This document shows positions 8,612 to 17,677 of a DNA stretch of 45,516 bases, in pieces. The stretch is from Nitrospiraceae bacterium (GTDB lineage Bacteria > Nitrospirota > Nitrospiria > Nitrospirales > Nitrospiraceae). Numbering within the stretch: position 1 is the stretch's first letter; every line of letters starts with the position of its first letter. Made by a program: the position numbers and the translations under genes. The notes under the pieces were generated by a model that did no database searches, was not told the origin of the DNA, and saw only the letters and a program-made list of their open reading frames with translations. The stretch is taken from assembly GCA_037442105.1 (NCBI GenBank), contig JBBIQV010000025.1, positions 1 through 45,516 of the forward strand, read 5' to 3'.

Positions 8612-9292
8612 ATGTCCGGCACTCGGCTAGCCGTCCATCTCCTGCTTTGCGCTGTTCTCGGCAGTGCCTCCGCATGCACCAGTGGCCCCCCGCCACGGCT
8701 CGTGTATCAGGACAGCCGGACCGTGATCGAGCTGCGGGTGGATCCGCAAGCCGGAATCGGTCACAGCCACCCAGCCACCCTGACCATCGAGCACATGACC
8801 CACATTCTGTCAGGAATCAGAGTTCAGAAGGAACGTGATGCCGTGCATCGCTTGCTTGCAGGCGAGGCGGAGGCCGGGTCAGCGTTCAATGCGGAAGAAG
8901 TGTGGGCACTGGCCCCTCATCTCGTCACAGCATTGGCAGAAGCCAAGCCTGGGGAATTGGTGACCTTCTACCGGCGGTTTTCCAATGGCTCGACCGGACT
9001 GGCCTACACCACGGGCGGGCTGTTCATGCGGGTGAAGTATCTCTACGTGATCCTGGCGAACTACCGGCAGTTGCCGTCCGATGCGATGAGTCTGGGAATT
9101 CCGGCCTATGAGATCGATCCCGTGGACGACCCGCTGCTGCCCCTGAGACGTGGCGGCTATTCCGTATCGTTCGTCCCGCAAGAAGCGGAGGTCCATCCCG
9201 TCAAGGGCCAGTGGCAGTGGAACTTTCCCGATCCCGGCAAGGTCGTGATCATAGACCCGGCCTTGCTCCGTTCCAACTCACCGAAGCCGTAG
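8612..9292 (+). CDS. Hypothetical lipoprotein
   Basis: Hydrophobic N-terminus ending in lipobox-like SASAC; 226 aa; no recognised family. Confidence 0.7.
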   Translation: MSGTRLAVHLLLCAVLGSASACTSGPPPRLVYQDSRTVIELRVDPQAGIGHSHPATLTIEHMTHILSGIRVQKERDAVHRLLAGEAEAGSAFNAEEVWALAPHLVTALAEAKPGELVTFYRRFSNGSTGLAYTTGGLFMRVKYLYVILANYRQLPSDAMSLGIPAYEIDPVDDPLLPLRRGGYSVSFVPQEAEVHPVKGQWQWNFPDPGKVVIIDPALLRSNSPKP

Positions 9293-9320
9293 CCCCCAGC
9301 CCATCGCCTCGTGCCGGCGA

Positions 9321-10811
9321 TCAGTTAAAGAACCATTGGGCCTGGAGCCGGAACAGGTTGGCGCTAAATTCCGATTGGGGGACGGTACTCGTCAGCGCCA
9401 CATTGGGGCTGAGCAACGAGGAATGCAGTCCGTCCTTGTACATCCACTCCGCCACGAAGCGCCAGTGAGTATCCGGTTCCCAGACGAGACCCACGTTAAT
9501 AGTCTTTGAGCGGCCATCCACTCCATGGATCGACTTGATCCCGCCATAGTATTCGCCCCACCGGACGTATCCCGTGAGCATCCCGACATCTGAATACCGG
9601 TACGTATAGTACGGTTGCAGATAGCCGCCGTAGAGGTGGCTTTCCCGGATGAATCCCTGAGCGTCCCGCTTCGGGCCCCGGCCGAGCGTGTACTCTGCCA
9701 GCACGCCCCAAGGTTGCGGCGGCGTCCAGACATACCAGGTGAGCCGCTCATCCCGCACCTGGCAACCTGTTGACTTGCCGTCCTGCTGGTGCGAAGCGAT
9801 GGGACAGCGAGCAAACGTACCGGGTTCCACCACGAACTGTCCCCGATAGGCGAACATGCCCGCTTCGAGGAGCCGGCCGTCCGGCAGCTCAAAGGGATGG
9901 GCGAGACGAATACCGACGTGTTTGTTGTAATTCAGCTCCGGCTTGTTCCGCCCTTGTCCGTTCCAGACCATGATCCCAAAATCGCCGTAATCACCCGGAC
10001 CGTTATGGTATGTGGCCAGTTCTGCATAGCGCTGCTGTGAAATCTTCGGGCTCCAATAATAGGCGATTCCCAGGTCGCGCTCGCCCGGCGCGCCGCTCTG
10101 AATGGACTCATGCCGATCCAACTCCTGACGGTTGCTGCTCGACCGGTAGGTGTCGAACGAGTTCGGGGCCCGGTGCTGTCCGAAGCGGATGCGGTGTTCC
10201 TTATCCTTCGTGATGAAGAAGTCCGCGAAGGCGTCTACGATTTCGTTGTTGACGAGATTTTGCCCATTGCCCTCGAACGCTGGTTGAAAGTAGAAGGCGA
10301 GGCGATCCGAGATCTGGCCCTGGAAGACCACCCGGATCCGCCGGATATAGAACGTGTTCGGATCGCTCGTGGCGACCTTGTCTCCCAAGGGGATGTCCAT
10401 CATGGGATTACCGAGCAGGGCATACCGGTTCTGAATGTAGCCGCTCATCCGGATCCGCTCGTACCAGCGGGGGCTACTGATCATGCCGACTTCCGCGCTC
10501 GCCTCTTCCGCTTTCTTCTCTTCCTGCGCCTTGATCCGGATCCAGTCGTCCGTCGTGAGCACGCCCTTCTCCAGCAAAATATCCTCAAGGGGGCTCGGCT
10601 GTGCCGGGGAGACCATCGTGCGCTGCGTGCCAGGGGCAGCGACCGGCTGCGGCCCAGCGGTTGGAACCGCTGCGCCGATGACCGGCGTCGGAGGTCCGAC
10701 CGGTTCTTGTGCCTGCAAGCGCGACGTCGGCATCAAGAAGCATAGCGTTATCGCCAGAAGCGCCCATCGCCAGAGAGTTTGAGTCCACGTGGTGGTCATT
10801 GTCGTCGGCAC
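9321..10811 (-). CDS. Outer-membrane porin, phosphate-selective OprO/OprP-like
   Basis: Signal peptide, LLEKGVLT N-terminal helix, YIRRIR..FQG, DAFAD, RDLG motifs, aromatic-rich beta strands and C-terminal QAQWFFN. AAGGAGG RBS before GTG 10811; PHO-box-like promoter upstream. Confidence 0.75.
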   Translation of the reverse strand: MPTTMTTTWTQTLWRWALLAITLCFLMPTSRLQAQEPVGPPTPVIGAAVPTAGPQPVAAPGTQRTMVSPAQPSPLEDILLEKGVLTTDDWIRIKAQEEKKAEEASAEVGMISSPRWYERIRMSGYIQNRYALLGNPMMDIPLGDKVATSDPNTFYIRRIRVVFQGQISDRLAFYFQPAFEGNGQNLVNNEIVDAFADFFITKDKEHRIRFGQHRAPNSFDTYRSSSNRQELDRHESIQSGAPGERDLGIAYYWSPKISQQRYAELATYHNGPGDYGDFGIMVWNGQGRNKPELNYNKHVGIRLAHPFELPDGRLLEAGMFAYRGQFVVEPGTFARCPIASHQQDGKSTGCQVRDERLTWYVWTPPQPWGVLAEYTLGRGPKRDAQGFIRESHLYGGYLQPYYTYRYSDVGMLTGYVRWGEYYGGIKSIHGVDGRSKTINVGLVWEPDTHWRFVAEWMYKDGLHSSLLSPNVALTSTVPQSEFSANLFRLQAQWFFN

Positions 10812-10902
10812 CGGTTCCTCCTTCTGTCGAAGTGAACGTTGAGCGTTCGCGGGTCTCAATACACGAAGTCGTTCAGCCTTGCGGCACAGTATTCTGTCAG
10901 GG

Positions 10903-10958
10903 AGAATAAAAAAGAAGTGTGTCGCGCCGGTGACGGCGGTGTTACAGAGCGGTTAATT
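10903..10958 (-). promoter_or_regulatory. PHO-box-like promoter of porin gene
   Basis: Minus strand TTAAC(10956) GTAAC(10945) GTCAC(10934) GACAC(10923), 10 nt, -10 TATTCT(10908); same spacing as pstS promoter. Confidence 0.7.
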
Positions 10959-11003
10959 TTTGCGGGGGCTGTGGCTGGTTCAGGAGAAGGAAGCCGGTCT
11001 TGG

Positions 11004-11948
11004 TTACAGCATGCGCAGGTAGAGGAGGGCGCTGTCGCCATTGACTTCGCGGCGCAGGACGGCATACGCGGCTTTGGTGACTTCATTCACCGTGATCGAG
11101 GCCCGAACGGAAAAGTAATTGCTTCGTACATCGTAGGCTTGGGTAAGGCGCAGCTCTTTGGCAATCGGTTCAAAATCGCTGATACGATCCGCATCCTGGA
11201 TCGTCAGAAATGGCCGGCCCGACACCACGGACATGGCCATCGCTTGGGTGATCCGCGCATCCAATGCTTGAATGACGATCGGATCCGCCGTGTTGAGGTT
11301 GACCTTGCCGTCCGCCTCGATGGGATACACCGTCACGTATTTCTGGAGGCGTTGCACGATCTCATCCGTCATGCCCTTGACAAGGTACAGCTCGGAGACC
11401 GTCTGGAGGGAGGAATTGGACGCACGATACGCCGGACGCAGCGATTGGTAATAGGCGCTTTCTGCGCCGGTGGGCTCAGGGTTTTCATCGGTATCCATCC
11501 AATCGGCGATCGCATCCACCAGATCAGGATTGACCTGAACCAACTCGAACAGGCGTTTGAATCGCTTGATCTTGGCTTGACGAGCGATCGGGTCCGGTTG
11601 ATTCGCCAACTCGTTGAGATTGAGCTTGCCGCGCTCATCCTCGATCAGAGCGGACACGACCCCGTCGCCGACCGGGTAATTGGTGATGGGCATGGCCCAC
11701 AGATCCGTCAAGGCATCGAAGGCCTGATTGGCTTGGGTGTCCAGCTTGGCGTCCCGCTGCAACACGGCGCGTGCGGCTTGGACTCCGACCTGGGTCAACA
11801 TCGTCGCCTTGAAATGGTCCCGGAATGCGGCTGCCTCCCGGTACTCACGCCTGGCATCGGCATCGAACTCCAGGATCAGCGCTACCAGCAAGGTGAGCAC
11901 AAACAGCGCGAGAATCAACGCGACGCCTTGTTCATCGTGCTTTCGCAT
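11004..11948 (-). CDS. gspK: Type II secretion minor pseudopilin GspK
   Basis: QG|VALIL leader, DERGKLNLN, DWMDTD, SELYLVKG, VNLNTA motifs. Confidence 0.93.
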   Translation of the reverse strand: MRKHDEQGVALILALFVLTLLVALILEFDADARREYREAAAFRDHFKATMLTQVGVQAARAVLQRDAKLDTQANQAFDALTDLWAMPITNYPVGDGVVSALIEDERGKLNLNELANQPDPIARQAKIKRFKRLFELVQVNPDLVDAIADWMDTDENPEPTGAESAYYQSLRPAYRASNSSLQTVSELYLVKGMTDEIVQRLQKYVTVYPIEADGKVNLNTADPIVIQALDARITQAMAMSVVSGRPFLTIQDADRISDFEPIAKELRLTQAYDVRSNYFSVRASITVNEVTKAAYAVLRREVNGDSALLYLRML

Positions 11949-12483
11949 AGGTGACGATCCGCAGACTTGTGTCGAGATAGGCGGGGTTGTCGAACTTCGG
12001 CTTGATTTGCATATACGGCACTTGGGTATCGTACGGCGCTCGCTCAAGATGGCTCAGCAAATTCAACAATTGTCGCAACTGCACGCTATCGAGCCGCACA
12101 TCGACGGCGGTTTCCTGGTATCCGTGCGTGACGGTCGGCGCTTGGGGCTGCATCGCAGTGATCCGATCCCGCACCTGCACGGCGGTCGTCGCGTCTTCCA
12201 GAAATGCCAGCATGGAGAACCGCCCATCCGAGGGGGGAAGGCGTTCATCGAGCTTGGCCAAGCGGACCTGTAATGCCGCGTACTCGGCCCCGACTTGCGC
12301 CAGTTCCTGCAGCTCTTTCTGTTTTCGGCTGATCTGCCGTTCCGCCCGGTCGAGTCGATCGAACAACGGGTCCACGACGAGGACGAACAGGAGACATACG
12401 AGGAGGACCGCTCCGCCGCCGGCGAGCATCATCCGTTCGCGAGGCGCCAAGGCCTGCCATCGCTCTGTTAGCAGGTGTTTCAT
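11932..12483 (-). CDS. gspM: Type II secretion protein GspM
   Basis: WQALAPRER N-terminus, single TM, coiled coil, ferredoxin-like C-terminus; cluster position. Confidence 0.85.
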   Translation of the reverse strand: MKHLLTERWQALAPRERMMLAGGGAVLLVCLLFVLVVDPLFDRLDRAERQISRKQKELQELAQVGAEYAALQVRLAKLDERLPPSDGRFSMLAFLEDATTAVQVRDRITAMQPQAPTVTHGYQETAVDVRLDSVQLRQLLNLLSHLERAPYDTQVPYMQIKPKFDNPAYLDTSLRIVTYAKAR

Positions 12484-14054
12484 GGTGCGTGCACCGACAA
12501 CGTGACCCGGAACACTACTTGCGAGGCCGACGCATTCATGCGCGAATCGCTGACTGCCACGTCTGTAAACATCGGCGCCGCGCTCAATGCCTGTTTCACT
12601 TTCTCGACCGACTCGAAGGATGTCGTTTCGGCCTCAAGGTGTACCGTGTTCTGTTCCAGCGTCAGCTCACGCACCTTGACAGGGATGCCGCGCGGGAGCT
12701 GTTTGACCAGTTGGGCCAGGATCTGCAGCTTCTTGGCAGAGGTCCCGTCGATCAACGTCACGGCCTTCGCCACCGCCGCCGTCTTCGACCGCGCCTGCTC
12801 CAGCTCTTCGCCCGGGAACGCCTCGCCGCCGAACTGCTGCTTGTACGATGCCGACAGCGCGGTTTTCAGGTCTTTCACGCGCGCCTCTTTCAAGCTGACA
12901 TGGGCGTACAGATCGGCGATTGCAAGGACGGCCAACAGCACCCCCGCGATCGCCCACCACCAGAGCTCGCGCGTGCTCTGCACTGTTTGTGGCGCCGCGT
13001 CTTCGGTGAGTTGCTTGAGGTCCAACGCGAGATCGGTCCCGGCCCGCCGGATCTTAAACCGTGATCCCACGATCTTCGGATGGATGGCCAACCCGAACGC
13101 AATCGAGAAAGCTCTGGGACAATCCGCGCCGAATCCTTGTCTCGGACCAACCGGTGCCAGCTCCAACTGGCGCGAGATGTATTCGGACATCTCCTGCAAC
13201 TTGGACCCTCCGCCGGAGATCCAACAGTGCTCGATCCTGGTTCGCGTCGTGGATTGAAAGGCATGCAAGGACAGCCGAATTTCTCGCACGAAGGGATCGA
13301 ACCAGGCCTCCACGACCGAAACTTCCTTCGAGCGTTTGTATCGTTCGGCATCGGCGAAGGTCGCGTTCATCCGAGATGCCAGAAGTTTGGTGACTTCGTC
13401 GCCGCCCCATGGAATCGTCCGCAGCAGCCAAGGCCTGCCTTCGTGAATCAGGCAGAGCGTGGTTTTCGAGGCGCCGATGTCGATGATGGCGAGATCGAGC
13501 GGGACGAGCGCGCCTGCCTGTTTCAGGTGGTGCGTCACGGCGAACAGCGCCAAGCCGTCGACGTTGACCGCCGCCGGCGTCAAGTCCGCCTGAGCCAGAA
13601 ACCGGACGTGCTCTTCGACCGTCGCCTTCGGCGCCGCCGTCACCAACACATCGGACCCGCCCTCGCGCAGGGTTTTGCCCTTCGCCGGTGCGGATGGGAG
13701 GAGCATGCTCCCGACGGCGACCTCCTCCAACGGGAAGGGAATCAGGTTTTCGACTTCGAAAGGGACGACCTGCCGGATTTTCGAGACATCGCGGAATGGA
13801 AACGACAGGGTGCGAATGAGCAACTCTTGGCAGGGGATCGCGGTGACCACGTCTTCATGGTAGAACCCATGCCGCCAGAGAAAATGCCGGAGCACCTGGG
13901 CGGCACGGGCCTGGTCCAGGTCCTGGTGGCCGGTGTAGGGGAGGGGCTGATGAAAATACTCCACCGATTCGCGGCCGCTGAGCCTGCGCCGAAACCGGAC
14001 GGCTTTAATGGCCGTCCGCCCAAGATCGAGTCCCACGCAATCGGCAACCATCAT
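12480..14054 (-). CDS. gspL: Type II secretion protein GspL (PilM/PilN-like)
   Basis: Actin-like GLDLG, IDIGASKT, SGGGS motifs, TM helix, periplasmic PilN-like domain. Confidence 0.85.
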   Translation of the reverse strand: MMVADCVGLDLGRTAIKAVRFRRRLSGRESVEYFHQPLPYTGHQDLDQARAAQVLRHFLWRHGFYHEDVVTAIPCQELLIRTLSFPFRDVSKIRQVVPFEVENLIPFPLEEVAVGSMLLPSAPAKGKTLREGGSDVLVTAAPKATVEEHVRFLAQADLTPAAVNVDGLALFAVTHHLKQAGALVPLDLAIIDIGASKTTLCLIHEGRPWLLRTIPWGGDEVTKLLASRMNATFADAERYKRSKEVSVVEAWFDPFVREIRLSLHAFQSTTRTRIEHCWISGGGSKLQEMSEYISRQLELAPVGPRQGFGADCPRAFSIAFGLAIHPKIVGSRFKIRRAGTDLALDLKQLTEDAAPQTVQSTRELWWWAIAGVLLAVLAIADLYAHVSLKEARVKDLKTALSASYKQQFGGEAFPGEELEQARSKTAAVAKAVTLIDGTSAKKLQILAQLVKQLPRGIPVKVRELTLEQNTVHLEAETTSFESVEKVKQALSAAPMFTDVAVSDSRMNASASQVVFRVTLSVHAP

Positions 14055-14058
14055 AAGC

Positions 14059-14946
14059 CTACAGCGACACAGTGGGTTGAGTCAGCGGTCCCGACACCCG
14101 TATGGTGGTCGGGCCTGCTACCATCGGAATGCCGGCCGCTGCAAGCCGCTGAACGAAACCAACGTTTGGCGAGAGCGACAGCGAGAGTTCGACGGTAGTC
14201 TGGGGGGCCGAAGGCCCCAGCACCAACTGTCCGGTTCCGGTAAAGGAACCATCCGGTCCTTCACCCTTGAAGGTGACAATCTGACAGGTCGTTTGCTGGC
14301 AATGGATCGTCGCCGTCGCCTGGGCGATGGTTATCGTCGGCAGCGTGAGGGGGCCGAGCGACAGTTGGTCCAACAGGACATTCTCCGCATGCGCGTCCCA
14401 GTTCCCCTCGCCGATCGGCACGAGCCGGCCTTCGGATGACCGTTGCCATTGCTGTTCGAAGGTCCCTTGCAAGAGGCCTTGCGCGACGCCCTTCAACTGC
14501 AAAGTCGTCAGATCGACCCGCTCCACTTGTCCGGTCAGCGACATCGAACCGTCATGACCGGTCAAGGAACTCATGACCATCTTTGCGTGAACGATTCCCG
14601 CTTCCGCCGAGGCACGGTTCGGCAACGTCGCGGTTACATCCACCTGAGGCTGCCCGCCAAGCAGGCTCAAGGTATTGACAGCCACGGCCACTTGATCGGC
14701 TCGGATGTCCCATCCCCCCTGTCGGCTGATCGTCACCCCATGTCCGGCGAACCCAAGCGGCCATTCAAGCCGCCATTCTACCGCGCTGATGCGGAGACCG
14801 CTATGGCTGCCGATCTCTGCGAGCACTCGATCCCGCAGCGCATCGTATGGAAAAGTGAGCGCCAGGCAGGCAACCAGCACCACGCAGGTATAGAACACCC
14901 AGGGTACGATCTGCAGCGGACGTTGCGATTGCACGGCCGCCCTCAT
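14059..14946 (-). CDS. gspN: Type II secretion protein GspN
   Basis: LTFPYD after N-terminal TM, beta-rich body, ISGPL.QP-like end; ATGA overlap with gspJ stop. Confidence 0.75.
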   Translation of the reverse strand: MRAAVQSQRPLQIVPWVFYTCVVLVACLALTFPYDALRDRVLAEIGSHSGLRISAVEWRLEWPLGFAGHGVTISRQGGWDIRADQVAVAVNTLSLLGGQPQVDVTATLPNRASAEAGIVHAKMVMSSLTGHDGSMSLTGQVERVDLTTLQLKGVAQGLLQGTFEQQWQRSSEGRLVPIGEGNWDAHAENVLLDQLSLGPLTLPTITIAQATATIHCQQTTCQIVTFKGEGPDGSFTGTGQLVLGPSAPQTTVELSLSLSPNVGFVQRLAAAGIPMVAGPTTIRVSGPLTQPTVSL

Positions 14947-15569
14947 GATGACAATGTCGGAATCGTGACCCAATGCATAAACGTTTCAGGCTGTCGCGCC
15001 GGTCGTTGGACGGTCAGCTCGATCATCACCGCGCGAGGCAATGCCCCTCTCATCTGTCCATCCCACTGATCGACCCAGATTTGCGCGGTTGCATCATAGT
15101 AGCGCAGCTTGAGGCCGACCACGTCGTCCAACAGCTCGATCTGTTCGATCGACTCATCGGTCAACCCGAACAGATTCCGTCTGGCGAACCGCATCAATCT
15201 GGTACCTTCGCGAGTATAGACCACGCGGCTGATCTCGGTCTCGTGTGCGTTCAGCCCGCTACGTTCCTGCGCCGTCGTCAGGAAGGCCAAGGTATCGGCG
15301 GGTTGCCCATTCTGCTGATTGCTCTGGCCCACCCAAGGCACGGTTGCCGACCGGTAGCCGGCCGATAACTCATTGGCCATGAATTGCAGTGTCTCTCTCA
15401 TGAGGGGTCCCCAATCCTGATCATTCCGGAGGGTCTCGATCACCCGCATGGTGCCGGAGAAAGCCCCAAAGACCATGGCCGAGATCACCCCTAGAATCGC
15501 AACGACCAGCAAAACTTCGATCAGCGTAAATCCGGCTTGGTCGCCTGTCTTACAGCGTTTGAAAGGCAT
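14943..15569 (-). CDS. gspJ: Type II secretion minor pseudopilin GspJ
   Basis: AG|FTLIEV prepilin motif; WVDQW...LPRAVMIEL C-terminal signature. Confidence 0.9.
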   Translation of the reverse strand: MPFKRCKTGDQAGFTLIEVLLVVAILGVISAMVFGAFSGTMRVIETLRNDQDWGPLMRETLQFMANELSAGYRSATVPWVGQSNQQNGQPADTLAFLTTAQERSGLNAHETEISRVVYTREGTRLMRFARRNLFGLTDESIEQIELLDDVVGLKLRYYDATAQIWVDQWDGQMRGALPRAVMIELTVQRPARQPETFMHWVTIPTLSS

Positions 15570-16017
15570 ACGAGGTCACTTCCACCATGTCCTCGGTGGC
15601 TCCCCTCGGCCACAATACTTGAATACGGACTTCCCGCACGGCGTCCAACGGTGTGGGGGCGACAATTCGCTTCCACCGAAAGCCCGGTGCGCGATCCCGT
15701 GCATCACTTGAGATCGGTGCGCCCGGCGGCGGCGTTGTGAATTCCCCGGCGGTCTCGCCGATCGGGAGCATGGGTGTTAGTTCCGCCTCCAACAGTTTCT
15801 CCCTTGCCAGGAGCGTGGCGGTTGTTATGGCGCGCGCCCGCACACGGAGGTCGATGTCCGAGTTCCGAAGCCCGAGTAGGACGGGGAGGGCGATGGCCAG
15901 AATCGCCACCGCGAACATCACCTCCAGAAGGGTGAAGCCGTGCTCTCTCCGTAAACAGCCGAGGCGGGCGGCTGTTCGGAACCGGTAAGCGGTCAATTGG
16001 ATCGTCGCGTGGCTCAT
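15550..16017 (-). CDS. gspI: Type II secretion minor pseudopilin GspI
   Basis: HG|FTLLEVMFAVAI; FRWKR...VREVRIQVLW. Confidence 0.88.
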   Translation of the reverse strand: MSHATIQLTAYRFRTAARLGCLRREHGFTLLEVMFAVAILAIALPVLLGLRNSDIDLRVRARAITTATLLAREKLLEAELTPMLPIGETAGEFTTPPPGAPISSDARDRAPGFRWKRIVAPTPLDAVREVRIQVLWPRGATEDMVEVTSYAFQTL

Positions 16018-16039
16018 CAAACGACCGAGAACGGGCCAA

Positions 16040-16465
16040 CTAAGGAGTCGTCATACTTACCTCAGAGCAGCTACTTTCTCCAAAGCTGTTGAGGGCTTTC
16101 ACGGCGAAATAGTACTGAGTCTGGGGCTGAAGACCTGCTATCGTATAAGTCGTCTTGCTGCCGACATCGGTCGGCTGGCCGTTCCCGCAAACACCCGATG
16201 CCGTGCCGTAATAAACCTTGTACTGTATAGCCGTCGCTGAGAATCCCGTTTCCTGATCCCAGATGAAGGGGACGCTGGGGTCCCAGCTCAGCGTGACAGT
16301 CCTAAATTGTGGTGCCGGAGGGTCAGGGGGTGGGGCCGGGGGTGAGCCAGAGGGGGAGGAACCATTAGATGTTGTCTGGCCGGACTCTGACGACCCTCCC
16401 CCACAGGCGGCGAGTAGACCTATCCCCAAAAGAAGTAGGAAGAGCCAGACATTGTGGTTCATCAT
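16040..16465 (-). CDS. Fibronectin type III domain lipoprotein
   Basis: Lipobox LLAAC, Ser/Pro-rich linker, Fn3 signatures VTLSWD, YKVYYG, YTIAGLQP..QYYFAVKA.N..GES. Confidence 0.8.
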   Translation of the reverse strand: MMNHNVWLFLLLLGIGLLAACGGGSSESGQTTSNGSSPSGSPPAPPPDPPAPQFRTVTLSWDPSVPFIWDQETGFSATAIQYKVYYGTASGVCGNGQPTDVGSKTTYTIAGLQPQTQYYFAVKALNSFGESSCSEVSMTTP

Positions 16466-16467
16466 TC

Positions 16468-17175
16468 TTATGCCGTGGCTCCCCGTCTAACAGTGTCGAA
16501 ACCAGCGCTTGCCGAAGGCTTAGGGGTGAGTGGCCCAAGTGGCTGTAACAGCGGTCGAAGACGTTCCGGAATGGGTGGCGCCGGTTTCGCTTCGAATCGC
16601 TGCTCCCACAGTCGGACCTGTCCCGTCACCGGTCGAATCTGAATCGCGACAACGTTTTGCCGGTCATCCGCCAAATGAATCACACCAGGCTCCATCTGTC
16701 CTGCCGGCAGCACTTGGAAATACCCCGCTCCAGACTGGAATGTGCCTTGCCGGAGCGTCATGATTTCCGTGAAGCGCACGGATGGCGGCAATGTGATCCG
16801 TTCTGCGAGCGCGGCATCCGCCGGTGGTCGTTCACCGTCTGGCTCCATCACCGTCGCCCAAAAGGTTCTTTGGTCAACATCAAGGTGCAATCGCCAGCTC
16901 TTTTGCGTGGCCGGCGCCTTCGCTTTCACCGCGTGAAGCAGACCGACGAATTGCCGGCTGGTTTGAGCCAAGGGATCGCCGATTCCGAATCGCGGCACGA
17001 TCATCGCGAGCGCCACGCCGAACAACGCCAGGACCGCGAGCATCTCGATCAACGTGAAGCCGCCCGAAGCCCGTGAGGCGTGATGCGCTTTCTGTCCCTG
17101 TTCAACGAATGACGATTGACGATTGACCATTGACGGCCTAGTCTTTATCCAGATTCCAGTTCGCAATGTCCGCAT
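16468..17175 (-). CDS. gspH: Type II secretion minor pseudopilin GspH
   Basis: GG|FTLIEMLAVL prepilin motif; ATG 17175 overlaps gspG 3' end. Confidence 0.82.
   Translation of the reverse strand: MRTLRTGIWIKTRPSMVNRQSSFVEQGQKAHHASRASGGFTLIEMLAVLALFGVALAMIVPRFGIGDPLAQTSRQFVGLLHAVKAKAPATQKSWRLHLDVDQRTFWATVMEPDGERPPADAALAERITLPPSVRFTEIMTLRQGTFQSGAGYFQVLPAGQMEPGVIHLADDRQNVVAIQIRPVTGQVRLWEQRFEAKPAPPIPERLRPLLQPLGPLTPKPSASAGFDTVRRGATA
17072..17138. repeat. Heptamer arrays inside GspH leader peptide
   Basis: AACGAAT GACGATT GACGATT GACCATT GACGGCC (17104-17138) and CGTGAGG CGTGATG (17072-17085). Confidence 0.7.
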
Positions 17176-17677
17176 TGATGCCTGTACCGCCAAGCTCGCC
17201 ATCCGTTCCCATGGAAATGATCTCGTAGTCTCCCTTCGGGCTGGGGCTGAGATACTTGTAGGGATTGCTCCAAGGATCCTCCGGCAACTTCGGCAGGTAC
17301 CCCCCCTCTTTCCATTTCTTGGGAATCACGCCGACCGTGGGTTTTTCGACCAGCGCCTTCAACCCTTGTTCGGTCGAGGGGTACACTCCGTTATCGAGCT
17401 TGTAGAGCTGCAAAGCACCTTCGATACTGCGGATCTGCACCTTGGCGGCAGTCCGCTTGGCATCGTCCGTTCGACCCATGATGCGAGGCACCACGAGCGC
17501 GGCCAAAATGGCCAGGATGGCCACCACCACCATGATTTCGATGAAGGTGAAACCACGCTCGTCGTTGAAACGACGACGTGATGGGTGATGGGTGATGGGT
17601 GATGGGTGATGGCTGGAAGTCCTCCGCTTTCTTCTCCGCATCATTCGCCAATTTTTGATCAGCTCTGGTTCACGCAT
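17138..17677 (-). CDS. gspG: Type II secretion major pseudopilin GspG
   Basis: RG|FTFIEIMVV, YKLDNGVYPSTEQGL, DPW..PY, S.G.DG..GG.G..ADI.NW; GGAGG RBS before ATG 17677. Confidence 0.97.
   Translation of the reverse strand: MREPELIKNWRMMRRRKRRTSSHHPSPITHHPSRRRFNDERGFTFIEIMVVVAILAILAALVVPRIMGRTDDAKRTAAKVQIRSIEGALQLYKLDNGVYPSTEQGLKALVEKPTVGVIPKKWKEGGYLPKLPEDPWSNPYKYLSPSPKGDYEIISMGTDGELGGTGINADIANWNLDKD

Noticed and set aside
9290..9320. Possible heptamer array or hairpin between convergent lipoprotein and porin genes
   Set aside because: Only 2-3 degenerate units and a 5-bp stem; indistinguishable from chance.
10839..11954. Long antisense ORFs (e.g. 10839-11954, 13080-14198, 20915-21826, 33879-34985, 36311-37390)
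   Set aside because: Shadow frames of well-supported genes in GC-rich DNA, with no motifs or RBS.
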